Numbered from the stretch's first letter, positions 18,055 to 27,102 are shown. The stretch is DNA of 32,000 nt from Ktedonobacterales bacterium (GCA_030167145.1 CP126532.1:870001-902000); one strand, 5' to 3'. Notes: generated by a model from the sequence alone, not told the origin. Made by a program: numbers and translations.

Positions 18055-18320
18055 ATTCCTACACGACGGATCGCTTTTGGGACTTGTTTCGTGCCCTGTC
18101 CGTTGACATCCGTAAGCAAGCACAACAAGCCTATCAGCAATTCGCTCGTGATCCTTTCCATCCCGGCCTGAATTTCGAGGAAGTAGACAAACAGCGCCAA
18201 CTCTGGTCCGCTCGTGTAACACGAGGCTATCGCGTTCTTGGCTACCGCGAAGGCAACGAGATTACCTGGTTTTGGATTGGTCCGCACAGGGAATACGAGA
18301 AGTTGATCAAGGGACGATAG
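18051..18320 (+). CDS. RelE/ParE-superfamily toxin
   Basis: 89 aa. The F..dP.HPGL.F......LWSARVTRGYRVLG......ITWFWIGPHREYEKLI pattern is typical of ParE/RelE-like toxins. It has a 4-nt overlap with the antitoxin gene. Confidence 0.65.
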   Translation: MNSYTTDRFWDLFRALSVDIRKQAQQAYQQFARDPFHPGLNFEEVDKQRQLWSARVTRGYRVLGYREGNEITWFWIGPHREYEKLIKGR

Positions 18321-18325
18321 CCGAT

Positions 18326-19666
18326 TCATTTCCCTTCCCCAAAGTGCTGCAACACGCGGTAGATAGCGTCCGCGCCGAAGTCCATGGCCTCCACCGGGAT
18401 GCGCTCGTCGGCGGCGTGGACAAAGGAAGCAAAGTTCCAGCCCTGCGGCAGCTTCATCGGCAGAAAGCCATACGTTTGGATGCCCAGCCGCGTAAAGAAG
18501 CGCCCATCCGTCACCGCCGCCAGCAAATTCGGCATAGCAGTGCCTTCGGGGTCGCCTTTGCGTAGCGCGTCCGCCAGCACGGGGAACAGCCCCATATCCG
18601 GCGCGGCGGCGGGATTGGTATCACTATGGATCACCTCGAATTCGACATCCTTGCCCGCCAGCATGCGCAACTCGCGCAGCATATCATCGGGCGTGAACCC
18701 GGGCAGCATCCGCCCATCCAGTTCCACGGTGATCGCGCTGGGGATGACGTTGTTCTTCTCGCCGCCGCGAATGATCGTCGCGTTCACGGTGTTGTGCAGC
18801 AGCGGATCGAAAGTATCGCCGAAAGGGCCAAGCAGGTTGAGCACGCGATTGGTGAGCGGTGGATTGAGCAACTGGCGGAAGAGGCGTGCCCGCGCGGGGG
18901 TGAGCGTTTGCGCCACCGTCTCGACCATCATCTTTGGTACGGGGGTGATATGCACCGGCAGCCGCCGGTGATCCAGCCGCGTGAGGAAGCGCGCCAGCTT
19001 GGCCGCCGCGCCGCCGTGCATCGGCAGAGCCGCGTGTCCGCCTGGCCCGCGCACGGTGGCGCGCACCGCACAGGATTGCTTCTCCGCAACCATGATGGGG
19101 TAGAGCCGCCGCGCGCCGGAATAGAGCGTGAAGCCGCCGAACTCACCCAGGGCGTAGCGGATACCCGCGAACTGCTCTTTGTGCTGCTCAGTGAGGAAAC
19201 GCGCACCATCGTTGCCGCCCGCCTCTTCGTCGCTGACGATGCAGAGCACCACGTCACCGGGGAGATCCGCGCCTTCGGCTTTGGCGCGCAGCACGGCGGC
19301 GAGCATCATCGCCACGCCGCCCTTCATATCGAGCGCGCCACGGCCCCAGATGTAGCCGTCCGCGACCTCGGCGGCGAAGGGCGGATGCGTCCATTGCTGC
19401 TGCTCGGTGGTAACGACATCCACATGCCCTTGCAGCAACAGCGGCGGCGCATCGCCTCGGCCCGTGAGCCGTGCGATGAGGTTGGGGCGGTTGGCGTCGC
19501 GCGCCAGCAGCGTACTTTCGATGCCCGCCGCCGCCAGCGTCTCACGAATGAATTGCACGCAGGCCAGCTCATTGCCGGGCGGGTTGGTGGTATCGAAGCG
19601 GATCAGCCGCCGCAGCAGTTCCGCCGGTTGCTGGTAGAGGGAAGTGATCTCCGCGCCGTCAGCCAT
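18326..19666 (-). CDS. M20/M25/M40 family metallopeptidase (ArgE/DapE/CPG2-like)
   Basis: 446 aa from ATG 19666. Motifs are LLLQGHVDVV, GRGALDMKGG and VSDEEAGG, with a dimerisation-domain insert. Confidence 0.85.
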   Translation of the reverse strand: MADGAEITSLYQQPAELLRRLIRFDTTNPPGNELACVQFIRETLAAAGIESTLLARDANRPNLIARLTGRGDAPPLLLQGHVDVVTTEQQQWTHPPFAAEVADGYIWGRGALDMKGGVAMMLAAVLRAKAEGADLPGDVVLCIVSDEEAGGNDGARFLTEQHKEQFAGIRYALGEFGGFTLYSGARRLYPIMVAEKQSCAVRATVRGPGGHAALPMHGGAAAKLARFLTRLDHRRLPVHITPVPKMMVETVAQTLTPARARLFRQLLNPPLTNRVLNLLGPFGDTFDPLLHNTVNATIIRGGEKNNVIPSAITVELDGRMLPGFTPDDMLRELRMLAGKDVEFEVIHSDTNPAAAPDMGLFPVLADALRKGDPEGTAMPNLLAAVTDGRFFTRLGIQTYGFLPMKLPQGWNFASFVHAADERIPVEAMDFGADAIYRVLQHFGEGK

Positions 19667-19921
19667 AGTGGGTTGTCCTCGTAGTCGTGGGATACGGTCA
19701 ATCAAATGCTGGGCGTATTGTGACGGAGATGCGGCGCAAATGCAAGCGTGGACACTCGCCCTCATTCACTCACGGCGCTGTGTCGCAGGGGCGGAGGAAG
19801 TGTGGAGGCGTCGTTTCTGACGGTGGGTGAGCGGCGGTTGGCGACGGGGCGCGGGGGATGGGGAGGATGTGATAGGAGTGGCCGAAATGGCCGATGTTTC
19901 GTGTTGGGGTGTGGGCGTACA

Positions 19922-20146
19922 CTCGCGGCCATCAATGGCCGGCGCACGGTCGGTGAGGTATGAATGCCCAGGATTCGCGGGCGGTTGGAGCGGTTGAGGC
20001 CGAGGAGACGGATGATCTGACGCTGGACGTTGAGGGCGACGCGGAGATAGGTGTCGGGACGACAGGTGATGTGGGGTGGCTGGACCTCTCCCCCGGCCCC
20101 TCTCCTATGAGGCGAGGGGAGGGCGGTGGCCATTGATGGCCGCGAG
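19922..20146. repeat. 225-bp unit bounded by 19-bp perfect inverted repeats (MITE-like or long stem-loop)
   Basis: CTCGCGGCCATCAATGGCC (19922-19940) is the exact reverse complement of GGCCATTGATGGCCGCGAG (20128-20146). The two are separated by a 187-nt spacer. Confidence 0.6.
20084..20123 (+). repeat. REP-like imperfect-hairpin dispersed repeat, copy B
   Basis: ACCTCTCCCCCGGCCCCTCTCCTATGAGGCGAGGGGAGGG matches copy A at 35 of 40 positions and has the same hairpin architecture. Confidence 0.75.
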
Positions 20147-20307
20147 CGCCACACGAAATTGCGGCGAAAACGGCGAAAAATCTCCCCCCATCTCCAGTCA
20201 TCCCCCGTCATGTACCCCCATACCACCGCGCAAATCGGCAGAATCGGCAACTGTGACTCCCACTGGCTGCCGCCGGGACGGCGGCGCTACAACACTCTCG
20301 CCTGGAT

Positions 20308-20372
20308 GTGGTACAATCCGCTCAGAGATATGGCCTGGTGAAATGGCAAAAATATGGCGATTGGACCAGGCC
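20308..20372 (+). promoter_or_regulatory. Candidate extended -10 promoter (TGgTACAAT, 20308-20316) and leader hairpin (20330-20338/20364-20372) upstream of pdxS
   Basis: The TGnTACAAT motif was seen directly. The 9-bp perfect stem TGGCCTGGT/ACCAGGCCA has an A-rich 25-nt loop containing repeated ATATGGC. It lies 60-125 nt upstream of the pdxS start. Confidence 0.35.
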
Positions 20373-20432
20373 AATTAGAAAAATGGAACGGACGCGCGAT
20401 GGCGTGCGGACGGGCCAGGGAGACCGAAACAC

Positions 20433-21320
20433 GTGGACAAGCAGACTGCCACCACCACCGTCAAGCGCAGCTTCCCCGAAATGCTCAAGGGCGGCGTCAT
20501 CATGGATGTCGTCAACGCCGAGCAGGCCAAGCTCGCCGAAGAAGCTGGCGCCTCCGCCGTCATGGCCCTTGAGCGCGTGCCCGCCGACATCCGCGCGCAG
20601 GGCGGCGTCGCGCGGATGAGCGACCCTGAGTTGATCCTGGGCATCAAGGCTGCCGTCACGATTCCGGTGATGGCCAAGTGTCGCATCGGCCACTTCGTCG
20701 AAGCCGAGATCATCCAGGCGCTGGGCGTGGACTGTATTGACGAGTCCGAGGTGCTCACCCCCGCCGACGAAGAGTTCCACGTCAACAAGCATCTCTTCGA
20801 CATCCCGTTTGTCTGCGGCGCGCGTAACCTGGGTGAGGCGCTACGCCGCATCGGCGAGGGCGCGGCGATGATCCGCAGCAAGGGCGAGGCGGGCACCGGC
20901 AACATCGTCGAAGCGGTGCGCCATCTGCGCACGATCACCGACGGCATTCGTCGCCTAACGATCCTGCCCGAAGAAGAGTTGATGAGCGAGGCCAAGAACC
21001 TGGGCGCGCCCTACGAACTGGTCAAAGAGGTGCGCGACCTGAAGCGCTTGCCAGTGGTGCTCTTCTGCGCGGGCGGCGTCGCGACCCCCGCCGATGCCGC
21101 GCTGGTGATGCGGCTCGGCTCTGATGGCGTGTTCGTCGGCTCTGGCATCTTCAAGTCCGATGAGCCGCTGCGCCGCGCCAAGGCCATCGTCAAGGCCACC
21201 ACGCATTTCCAGGATGCCGACATCCTCGCGGAGGTATCACGTGGGCTGGGCGAGCCAATGCGCGGCCTCGACGTCAGCAAGCTCCCTGAGACCGAGTTGA
21301 TGGCTGGCCGCGGCTGGTAG
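20433..21320 (+). CDS. pdxS: Pyridoxal 5'-phosphate synthase lyase subunit PdxS
   Basis: 295 aa with near-canonical PdxS sequence ([44 protein letters not shown]). GTG start. Confidence 0.95.
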   Translation: MDKQTATTTVKRSFPEMLKGGVIMDVVNAEQAKLAEEAGASAVMALERVPADIRAQGGVARMSDPELILGIKAAVTIPVMAKCRIGHFVEAEIIQALGVDCIDESEVLTPADEEFHVNKHLFDIPFVCGARNLGEALRRIGEGAAMIRSKGEAGTGNIVEAVRHLRTITDGIRRLTILPEEELMSEAKNLGAPYELVKEVRDLKRLPVVLFCAGGVATPADAALVMRLGSDGVFVGSGIFKSDEPLRRAKAIVKATTHFQDADILAEVSRGLGEPMRGLDVSKLPETELMAGRGW

Positions 21321-21350
21321 TTTGCACCCAATTTCCGTAAGATTCCTTAT

Positions 21351-21411
21351 GGGTATCCAGCGGCGTTCGTGGTACACTATGCAGAGCGACCACCGGGCCA
21401 GCCGGATACCC
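21351..21411 (+). other. Intercistronic hairpin between pdxS and pdxT
   Basis: The 8-bp perfect outer stem GGGTATCC/GGATACCC encloses the inner pairing GTGGT/ACCAC. Confidence 0.35.
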
Positions 21412-21459
21412 GCCAATTTGCCTGAACAATCAGGCGAAGCTGCGAAAGCGAAGTTGACA

Positions 21460-22077
21460 ATGGCTGTCAAAGCGCGTATCGGCGTTCTCGCCTTGCAGGG
21501 CGATTTCCGCGAGCATATCCGCGCGCTCAACTCGCGCGGCGCGGAGGCGTTTCCGGTGCGGACGCCAGCAGACCTGCGTGGCATTGATGGGCTGGTGATT
21601 CCTGGCGGCGAAAGCACCGTCATCGGCAAGCTGATGGTGGAATATGGCCTGGACCAGCCCTTGCGGGAGCTTATCGCGGCGGGCATGCCGACCTGGGGCA
21701 CCTGCGCCGGGCTGATCTTGCTCTCGCAAGAGACCGACAACGCGATGGCCGGGCAGCCGCTACTGGCGACGATGCACATCCGCACGCGGCGCAACGCCTT
21801 CGGGCCGCAGCGCGCCAGCTTCGAGGCGGACCTGCGAATTCCAGCGCTCGGCGAGCAGCCGTATCATGCAGTGTTCATTCGCGGACCTGCTGTCGAGAGC
21901 GTTGGTGAGGGCGTTGAAGTGCTCGCTCGCCTGGACGACAGCGACAACCCTGAGTCAGGAATCATCGTAGCAGTACGTGAGGGGAACGTACTTGGCACAG
22001 CGTTTCATCCGGAGGTGACGAACGACCCGCGATTCCATGACTATTTCCTGGCGATGGCGCAACCGGCGCGCGTCTAA
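21460..22077 (+). CDS. pdxT: Pyridoxal 5'-phosphate synthase glutaminase subunit PdxT
   Basis: 205 aa from ATG 21460. IGVLALQGDFREH, GGESTV, the GTCAG catalytic Cys and FHPE. The upstream in-frame extension to 21322 has no PdxT-like sequence. Confidence 0.9.
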   Translation: MAVKARIGVLALQGDFREHIRALNSRGAEAFPVRTPADLRGIDGLVIPGGESTVIGKLMVEYGLDQPLRELIAAGMPTWGTCAGLILLSQETDNAMAGQPLLATMHIRTRRNAFGPQRASFEADLRIPALGEQPYHAVFIRGPAVESVGEGVEVLARLDDSDNPESGIIVAVREGNVLGTAFHPEVTNDPRFHDYFLAMAQPARV

Positions 22078-22173
22078 CGCACGCGGCACACGTCACCGCC
22101 ATGGTACCGGCGGCTCTGCCCGCGCAGTGGTGCGCGAGTCGAAGGGTCGCACTGGGGGGTACATTTCATCGTA

Positions 22174-23286
22174 ATGATCCGACCAGTACCCTACGTTGAC
22201 CTACCAGGCATTATCTTTGCGCTTGACCGGCGCGCACGAGCACACCGGGGCGAATTCGCGACGTTTATGGTCGCGCCGGAGGCTCAGGAGTCGCGCAGCC
22301 CCATCGCCGCCTTTTTACATGCCACCAGGATCATCACTCCCCATGCGTACACGTGGATCTGCGAGGACCGCTGGCGCCTGCTGGGCGTCGCCCAGGCCGT
22401 GCCGCGTCCGGGGGGCCGGGCCTGGGATCTGGCGTGCCTGGCAGCGCTGACGCCACCACCAGACCAGCCCGCGAATTCCACCCCGGCGGATATTCTCTTC
22501 GCGCTGGCGCAGTATGCGCTCAATACTGCGATTCAGCGGGGCGTGCATCGCTTTTTCGTCCGCGTTGAGGATGACCGGCCCGAAAATGAAATCTTTAGCA
22601 AACTCGGCTTCCAGCGCTATGCCCGCGAACTGACCTACGTGCTGCCCAATGCCGCGTGCGGCCTGACTCGGTCTGCCAACGAGCGTGAGGATGGTCGCGT
22701 GGAGATACACGTGCGGCCGTGGAACCGGCACGACGCCTGGGGGCTGCTGCAGCTCTACGATGCGCTGACGCCCCATCGCGTGCGCATTGCCGAAAGCCTG
22801 ACCAACGACGAACTGTTACATACACGTGCCGGTGGAGGACGCACCTGGCATCTGCCCCTGCTTGAGCCGCCTAGTGACGCTTATGTGTATGACAAGGGTG
22901 TGCGGCTCGGCGGATGGCTACGACTGCGCCACGGGCGCGGTTCCCAGCCACATCAGCTTTGCCTCATGGCGCATCCCGATGACCCCGAATCCGCTCCGGC
23001 CCTGGTGCGCTTTGGCCTGCGGCTGCTCGCAGGCGAAGCGGACCGTCCGGTCGTATGCGCGATTCGTGAGTACGAAGGGGCGGCGATTGACGCGCTGCGC
23101 GCGGCGGGCTTCGAGCACGCCGATACGCACGCGCTGCTGGTGCGCCATCTGACGATGCAAGCGCTGCGGAAGCGTGAGGTTGCCGTACTGGAGCCTCGGG
23201 TTGTCTACGGTGTGAAGGGTCTAGGACAGATTCCTTCGCGCCTGAGTGAAGGTGAAACGACACACTATGCGACACGCCATCACTGA
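22174..23286 (+). CDS. Hypothetical protein with two degenerate GNAT-like acetyltransferase halves
   Basis: 370 aa. HRFFVRVEDDRPENEIFSKLGFQRYARELTY and VCAIREYEGAAIDALRAAGFEH resemble GNAT C-terminal beta-alpha-beta elements. No clear acetyl-CoA Q/RxxGxG/A motif is seen. Confidence 0.6.
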   Translation: MIRPVPYVDLPGIIFALDRRARAHRGEFATFMVAPEAQESRSPIAAFLHATRIITPHAYTWICEDRWRLLGVAQAVPRPGGRAWDLACLAALTPPPDQPANSTPADILFALAQYALNTAIQRGVHRFFVRVEDDRPENEIFSKLGFQRYARELTYVLPNAACGLTRSANEREDGRVEIHVRPWNRHDAWGLLQLYDALTPHRVRIAESLTNDELLHTRAGGGRTWHLPLLEPPSDAYVYDKGVRLGGWLRLRHGRGSQPHQLCLMAHPDDPESAPALVRFGLRLLAGEADRPVVCAIREYEGAAIDALRAAGFEHADTHALLVRHLTMQALRKREVAVLEPRVVYGVKGLGQIPSRLSEGETTHYATRHH

Positions 23287-25006
23287 CGATCTTGGCGCAC
23301 TGCTGGCTGTGCTGCCGCCTCGCGTCTGCGAAGCGATAGCCCGCCTAGAGGATCGCGCGGACCTGCTTGAAATTGTGCTGGATCTCGGTCGTTTGCCAGA
23401 GGGCCGCTTCCCCACGCGGGAAGTTCCCTTGAGCGACACGCCGATTACAGATGAAGATATAGCGTATGTAGTGGAGCGGATTGGGGCCTTTGGCGATGAC
23501 AACCGGGCGGGGATCGAGCGCACGCTGCACCGCATCAGCGCGATCCGCAACCGGAGAGGCCAGGTGGTGGGGCTGACCTGCCGCGTCGGCCGCGCGGTGC
23601 GCGGCACCGTCGCCTTGATTCGCGATGTCTTGGAGCAGGGCAAATCGATCTTGATCCTGGGCCGGCCGGGGGTCGGCAAGACGACGCTCTTGCGCGAGGC
23701 GGCACGGGTGCTGGCCGATGAGCTGGGCAAGCGGGTGGTGGTGGTCGACACCTCCAACGAGATCGCCGGCGACGGCGATGTGCCGCATCCGGGCATCGGG
23801 CGGGCGCGGCGGATGCAGGTGGCGCGGACCACGCAGCAGCATCAGGTGATGATCGAGGCGGTGGAGAACCACATGCCCGAGGTCATCGTGATTGATGAGA
23901 TCGGCACGGAGCTAGAGGCGCAGGCGGCGCGGACGATTGCCGAGCGGGGGGTGCAGTTGGTGGGGACGGCGCATGGGCGGACGCTGGACAACCTGTTGGT
24001 CAATCCGACGCTGGCGGACCTGGTGGGAGGGGTGCAGGCGGTGACGCTGGGCGATGAGGAGGCGCGGCGGCGGGGGACGCAGAAGACGGTGTTGGAACGC
24101 AAGAGTCCCCCCACCTTCGATGTCCTCGTCGAACAGGAAAGCTGGCAGCGCGTCATACTGCATGCCGATGTGGCGTCGGCGGTGGATGGCTTGCTGCGCG
24201 GCCAGGCGCCGCTGGCTGAGGCGCGCGAACGCGATGAGCACGACCAGGTAACGTCGCGCAGCGTGGCCGTCAAGCCGGAGGGCCAGCTTGCGACGCGCAG
24301 CGGCTTCGCGCCGGATGGCGAGGCTGGCTTCGATACGGGCACATTTGGCCGCCGCTCAGCGAGCCGGGGTATGGGGCGGGTCAGCAAGCTCCATGATCCA
24401 CGGCGAGCGGGCTATGATGAGCTTACGCTGTTGCGCGCGGAGAGCGAAGCGGTGGACTTTGAGGCCGAGGAGCCGACGGGCACCACCGGCGCACTGACTC
24501 GCCCCGCTGGCGGCAAGCGGCGTCCGGTGCGTATCTATCCGTTCGGCATTAGCCGCGAACGGCTGGAGCAGTCTGCCCGCCAGCTTAAGGTGCCGGTGGA
24601 GATCAGCCGCGACCAGACCAATGCCGATGCGGTGATGACGCTCAAGACGTTTTACCGGCGGCAGAGTGGGCAGCTACGCGACGCGGCGACGGAGCGCAAG
24701 CCGATCTACGTGTTGCGAACCAACACCGTCGCGCAGATGCAGGAGTGCCTGGCGCGGATCTTCGAGCTACGCCAGAGCGAAGCGTCGCTGGCCGACGGCG
24801 GGCCGCGTAATCCGACTACGCTGGCGATGCAAGAGACGGAGGACGCGATCCACCACATGCTCAACGACAACCGCGACCGAGTGGAACTGACGCCGCAGAA
24901 CGCCTATGTGCGCCGCCTACAACACCAGATCGCCGGACGCTATAACCTGGAATCGCGCAGCCTCGGCAGAGAGCCGAACCGCCGCGTGCAAATCTGGGCG
25001 AGATAG
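23267..25006 (+). CDS. SpoIIIAA/Ycf45-like AAA ATPase with C-terminal R3H nucleic-acid-binding domain
   Basis: Walker A GRPGVGKTT, Walker B VIVIDEIG and GTAHG. The C-terminal R3H signature is YVRRLQHQIAGRYNLESRSLGREPNRRVQIW. The start is ATG 23267 (GAAGGTGA upstream) or GTG 23246, and it overlaps the upstream gene by 20 or 41 nt. Confidence 0.85.
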   Translation: MRHAITDDLGALLAVLPPRVCEAIARLEDRADLLEIVLDLGRLPEGRFPTREVPLSDTPITDEDIAYVVERIGAFGDDNRAGIERTLHRISAIRNRRGQVVGLTCRVGRAVRGTVALIRDVLEQGKSILILGRPGVGKTTLLREAARVLADELGKRVVVVDTSNEIAGDGDVPHPGIGRARRMQVARTTQQHQVMIEAVENHMPEVIVIDEIGTELEAQAARTIAERGVQLVGTAHGRTLDNLLVNPTLADLVGGVQAVTLGDEEARRRGTQKTVLERKSPPTFDVLVEQESWQRVILHADVASAVDGLLRGQAPLAEARERDEHDQVTSRSVAVKPEGQLATRSGFAPDGEAGFDTGTFGRRSASRGMGRVSKLHDPRRAGYDELTLLRAESEAVDFEAEEPTGTTGALTRPAGGKRRPVRIYPFGISRERLEQSARQLKVPVEISRDQTNADAVMTLKTFYRRQSGQLRDAATERKPIYVLRTNTVAQMQECLARIFELRQSEASLADGGPRNPTTLAMQETEDAIHHMLNDNRDRVELTPQNAYVRRLQHQIAGRYNLESRSLGREPNRRVQIWAR

Positions 25007-25030
25007 CGACGAGACATCTTTAGTCAACAC

Positions 25031-25063
25031 GCCGGGCCGGATCCACTGGGGACCCGGCCCGGC
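25031..25063. terminator. GC-rich hairpin between convergent genes (possible bidirectional terminator)
   Basis: 10-bp perfect stem GCCGGGCCGG/CCGGCCCGGC plus a 3-bp inner extension. There is no U-tract on either side. Confidence 0.45.
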
Positions 25064-25091
25064 ACATCGTTGGGACGGCTTGCGGTGGTGG

Positions 25092-25829
25092 CTAGCGTGC
25101 ACGCATCTGCGCTATCGCGCCGCTGACAGCGGCGAGCATGCCCAGGATCATCAGCCAGAAGCCAAAGCCGAGCGCCGACGCGAGCATCTGGCCAAGCGTC
25201 GAAGATTCCAGGCCGACAAGCTGGTAGAGCAAGATGAGCAGGCTCACGAGCGCCGTTATGAGGACGGCGATCATGCCGCCGCGCGCCGGTGGCGCGCCAC
25301 CATTGCGGCTTCTCAGCCACTGTGTGAGCGCGATGCCGCCCGCTATTCCTGCCAAGATGACCTCAGCCCATAGAATCAGGCCAGGGCTGACCCCGCCACC
25401 ACTGGAGGAAGGCGTAGTGCCGGTGGAATAGGCGGAGCTATACGAGGAGAATTGCTGAGCGGCGGAGTAGGCGGAGTCAATCAGGTTCGCGGTCTGCGCG
25501 CCAGTGAGACTGCCGAGAATACCGAGGTTGACGTATGGTAGTGCGAAGTAGGCGATTACCGCGACGATACCGCCCACCGACGCCACCGCCGCCCCGGTCG
25601 CGTTTGTGGGGCCGACCGCGCGCGGAAGCGGCGGGGGCATGACCCCTGGTGGTGCAGAAGGCGGGGTATAGAGCGGCTGCGATGGCGGTGGGTAGCCCGA
25701 ATAGGCAGGTGGTGAGGATGGAGTTGGATACGTTGGATAGGCCGGTGGCGCGGGCGGTGGGTAGCTCGGCTGTTCGGGGAGCGCGTAGGGATTTTGCTGC
25801 GGATCATTCGGCGGTGGGTACATGGACAT
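25092..25829 (-). CDS. Membrane protein with Pro/Tyr-rich N-terminal region and about 4 TM helices
   Basis: 245 aa from ATG 25829 (or 25823). The N-terminal roughly 70 aa are YPPP/PPAY-type low complexity, followed by hydrophobic helices. Confidence 0.6.
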   Translation of the reverse strand: MSMYPPPNDPQQNPYALPEQPSYPPPAPPAYPTYPTPSSPPAYSGYPPPSQPLYTPPSAPPGVMPPPLPRAVGPTNATGAAVASVGGIVAVIAYFALPYVNLGILGSLTGAQTANLIDSAYSAAQQFSSYSSAYSTGTTPSSSGGGVSPGLILWAEVILAGIAGGIALTQWLRSRNGGAPPARGGMIAVLITALVSLLILLYQLVGLESSTLGQMLASALGFGFWLMILGMLAAVSGAIAQMRAR

Positions 25830-26211
25830 GGAAACCTGCCCTTCGTTGCGACGATCTGGCGTCGCACTCACAAGAAAACAACTCCGACACGGCCCACTCT
25901 CCCCCAATCATGAGATTGAAGCCAAGTGTATATGAATCCACTTATAATGTCAATACATCCGCTTGGAATAAGTCACGTCAAAGTAAGACGGTCACTTCAA
26001 CTAATTCCGCATGTTAGCTGAAACTTGGACTAGTTTCTACTTTGGCCGACGCCAACCGCACACGTGAGCGGACTGCGGTTTCGATGAGGAGTCACCCATC
26101 CTGCACAGGGGCGTTACCCCGCTGTGGCCGCTGCGTTGCACAAGTGTAGCTGATCCGTGCGGCGATGAGCGACAGTACCGGCAGTGCAGCCGAAATTGGG
26201 AGTGGATTCAG

Positions 26212-27102
26212 ATGCGTGTGCCCCAGTGTGGCCGGGCGATTGTGCGCCGATTGACCCCGCAAGACGCGACCCGGATGTTCCGTCCCGGCGATTTTCTGCT
26301 CACCGTCAGCGATGGCGGCCTGGCGCGGGTGGCGGGAGCCGTGACCGGTAGTGCCATCAACCATGCCGCGCTCATCGTGGACGCTTCCGGCGCGCTCGTC
26401 GAAGCCAATCCATATCTGTCGCGCGATGCCCGCCCCTATCGCGTGACCAGCATCGAGCGCTATCTGCGCGCGGGCAAGCCGTGCTGGATCGGGTATGTCG
26501 AGCTAAAAGAAGGCACACGGCAAGATGTTGTTGCCTTCGCGCGGCACTTCGCGGAGGCGCGCGGCCCCGTCTCACTCACCGGGCGGCTGCTCATCGTGCT
26601 GCATCTGCTGCTCAACGTCGCGCCGCGCTCGCTGGCTGAGCGTCATCGCTGGCTGCGCCGCGCGCTCAGCTATTTCAACCGCCACGCGCTGGTGCTGCGC
26701 GAGGAATCGTGTTTTGCTTCAGGTGAGTTTGTCGCTCGCGCGCTGGAGCGTGGCGGCTTCCTCTGGGAGCATGATCCGGCGCAGGTGACGCCCGCCGACC
26801 TCTTCCGCCGCTACGCTATCGCCGATGCGCCCGCCACGATCACACCCATGCCCCTCGCTTCCAGGCGTGCCAGCCACGCCAGCGCCAGTCGCGCGCCGAT
26901 AACTGGCCGCGCCACAGTTACCCGCTTCGCGCCGCGCGCCAGTGTTCGCGGTGCGACCGCGCTCGCCAATGATCCGCGCGTTGCCGAAGATCCACAGTCC
27001 GGCCTCCACGCCTTGCTTCAGGTGGGCCTGGTCGCTGCCGCTGGCCTGACCGTCATCGGTATGCTCGAACAAATCGCCCATTGGTTTGCCAATGAAGGTT
27101 GA
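26212..27102 (+). CDS. Putative permuted papain-like (YiiX/YaeF, C92-like) hydrolase with C-terminal TM anchor
   Basis: RBS GGGAGTGG. PGDFLL...GSAINHAALIV...LVEA followed later by ESCFASGEFV fits the His-before-Cys order of permuted NlpC/P60-like enzymes. The family assignment is tentative. Confidence 0.5.
   Translation: MRVPQCGRAIVRRLTPQDATRMFRPGDFLLTVSDGGLARVAGAVTGSAINHAALIVDASGALVEANPYLSRDARPYRVTSIERYLRAGKPCWIGYVELKEGTRQDVVAFARHFAEARGPVSLTGRLLIVLHLLLNVAPRSLAERHRWLRRALSYFNRHALVLREESCFASGEFVARALERGGFLWEHDPAQVTPADLFRRYAIADAPATITPMPLASRRASHASASRAPITGRATVTRFAPRASVRGATALANDPRVAEDPQSGLHALLQVGLVAAAGLTVIGMLEQIAHWFANEG

Noticed and set aside
19780-19870. G-run cluster (GGGGCGCGGGGGATGGGGAGG) as a G-quadruplex. 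C5-C6 runs at 20178-20230 would give the same on the opposite strand.
   Set aside because: Only three strong G-tracts lie close together, so a fourth would need a long loop. Such runs are common by chance in DNA of this G+C content.
19762-20250. 162-aa minus-strand ORF spanning the large gap upstream of pdxS, considered as a possible transposase remnant.
   Set aside because: The translation is Pro/Arg-rich and passes through the REP-like repeat and both inverted repeats. I recognise no transposase motifs (DDE, HTH). It is treated as non-coding and discussed in the inverted-repeat finding.
26066-26074. The 9-mer GCGGACTGC is shared with window positions 1-9.
   Set aside because: It is too short to be meaningful and has no extended similarity on either side.
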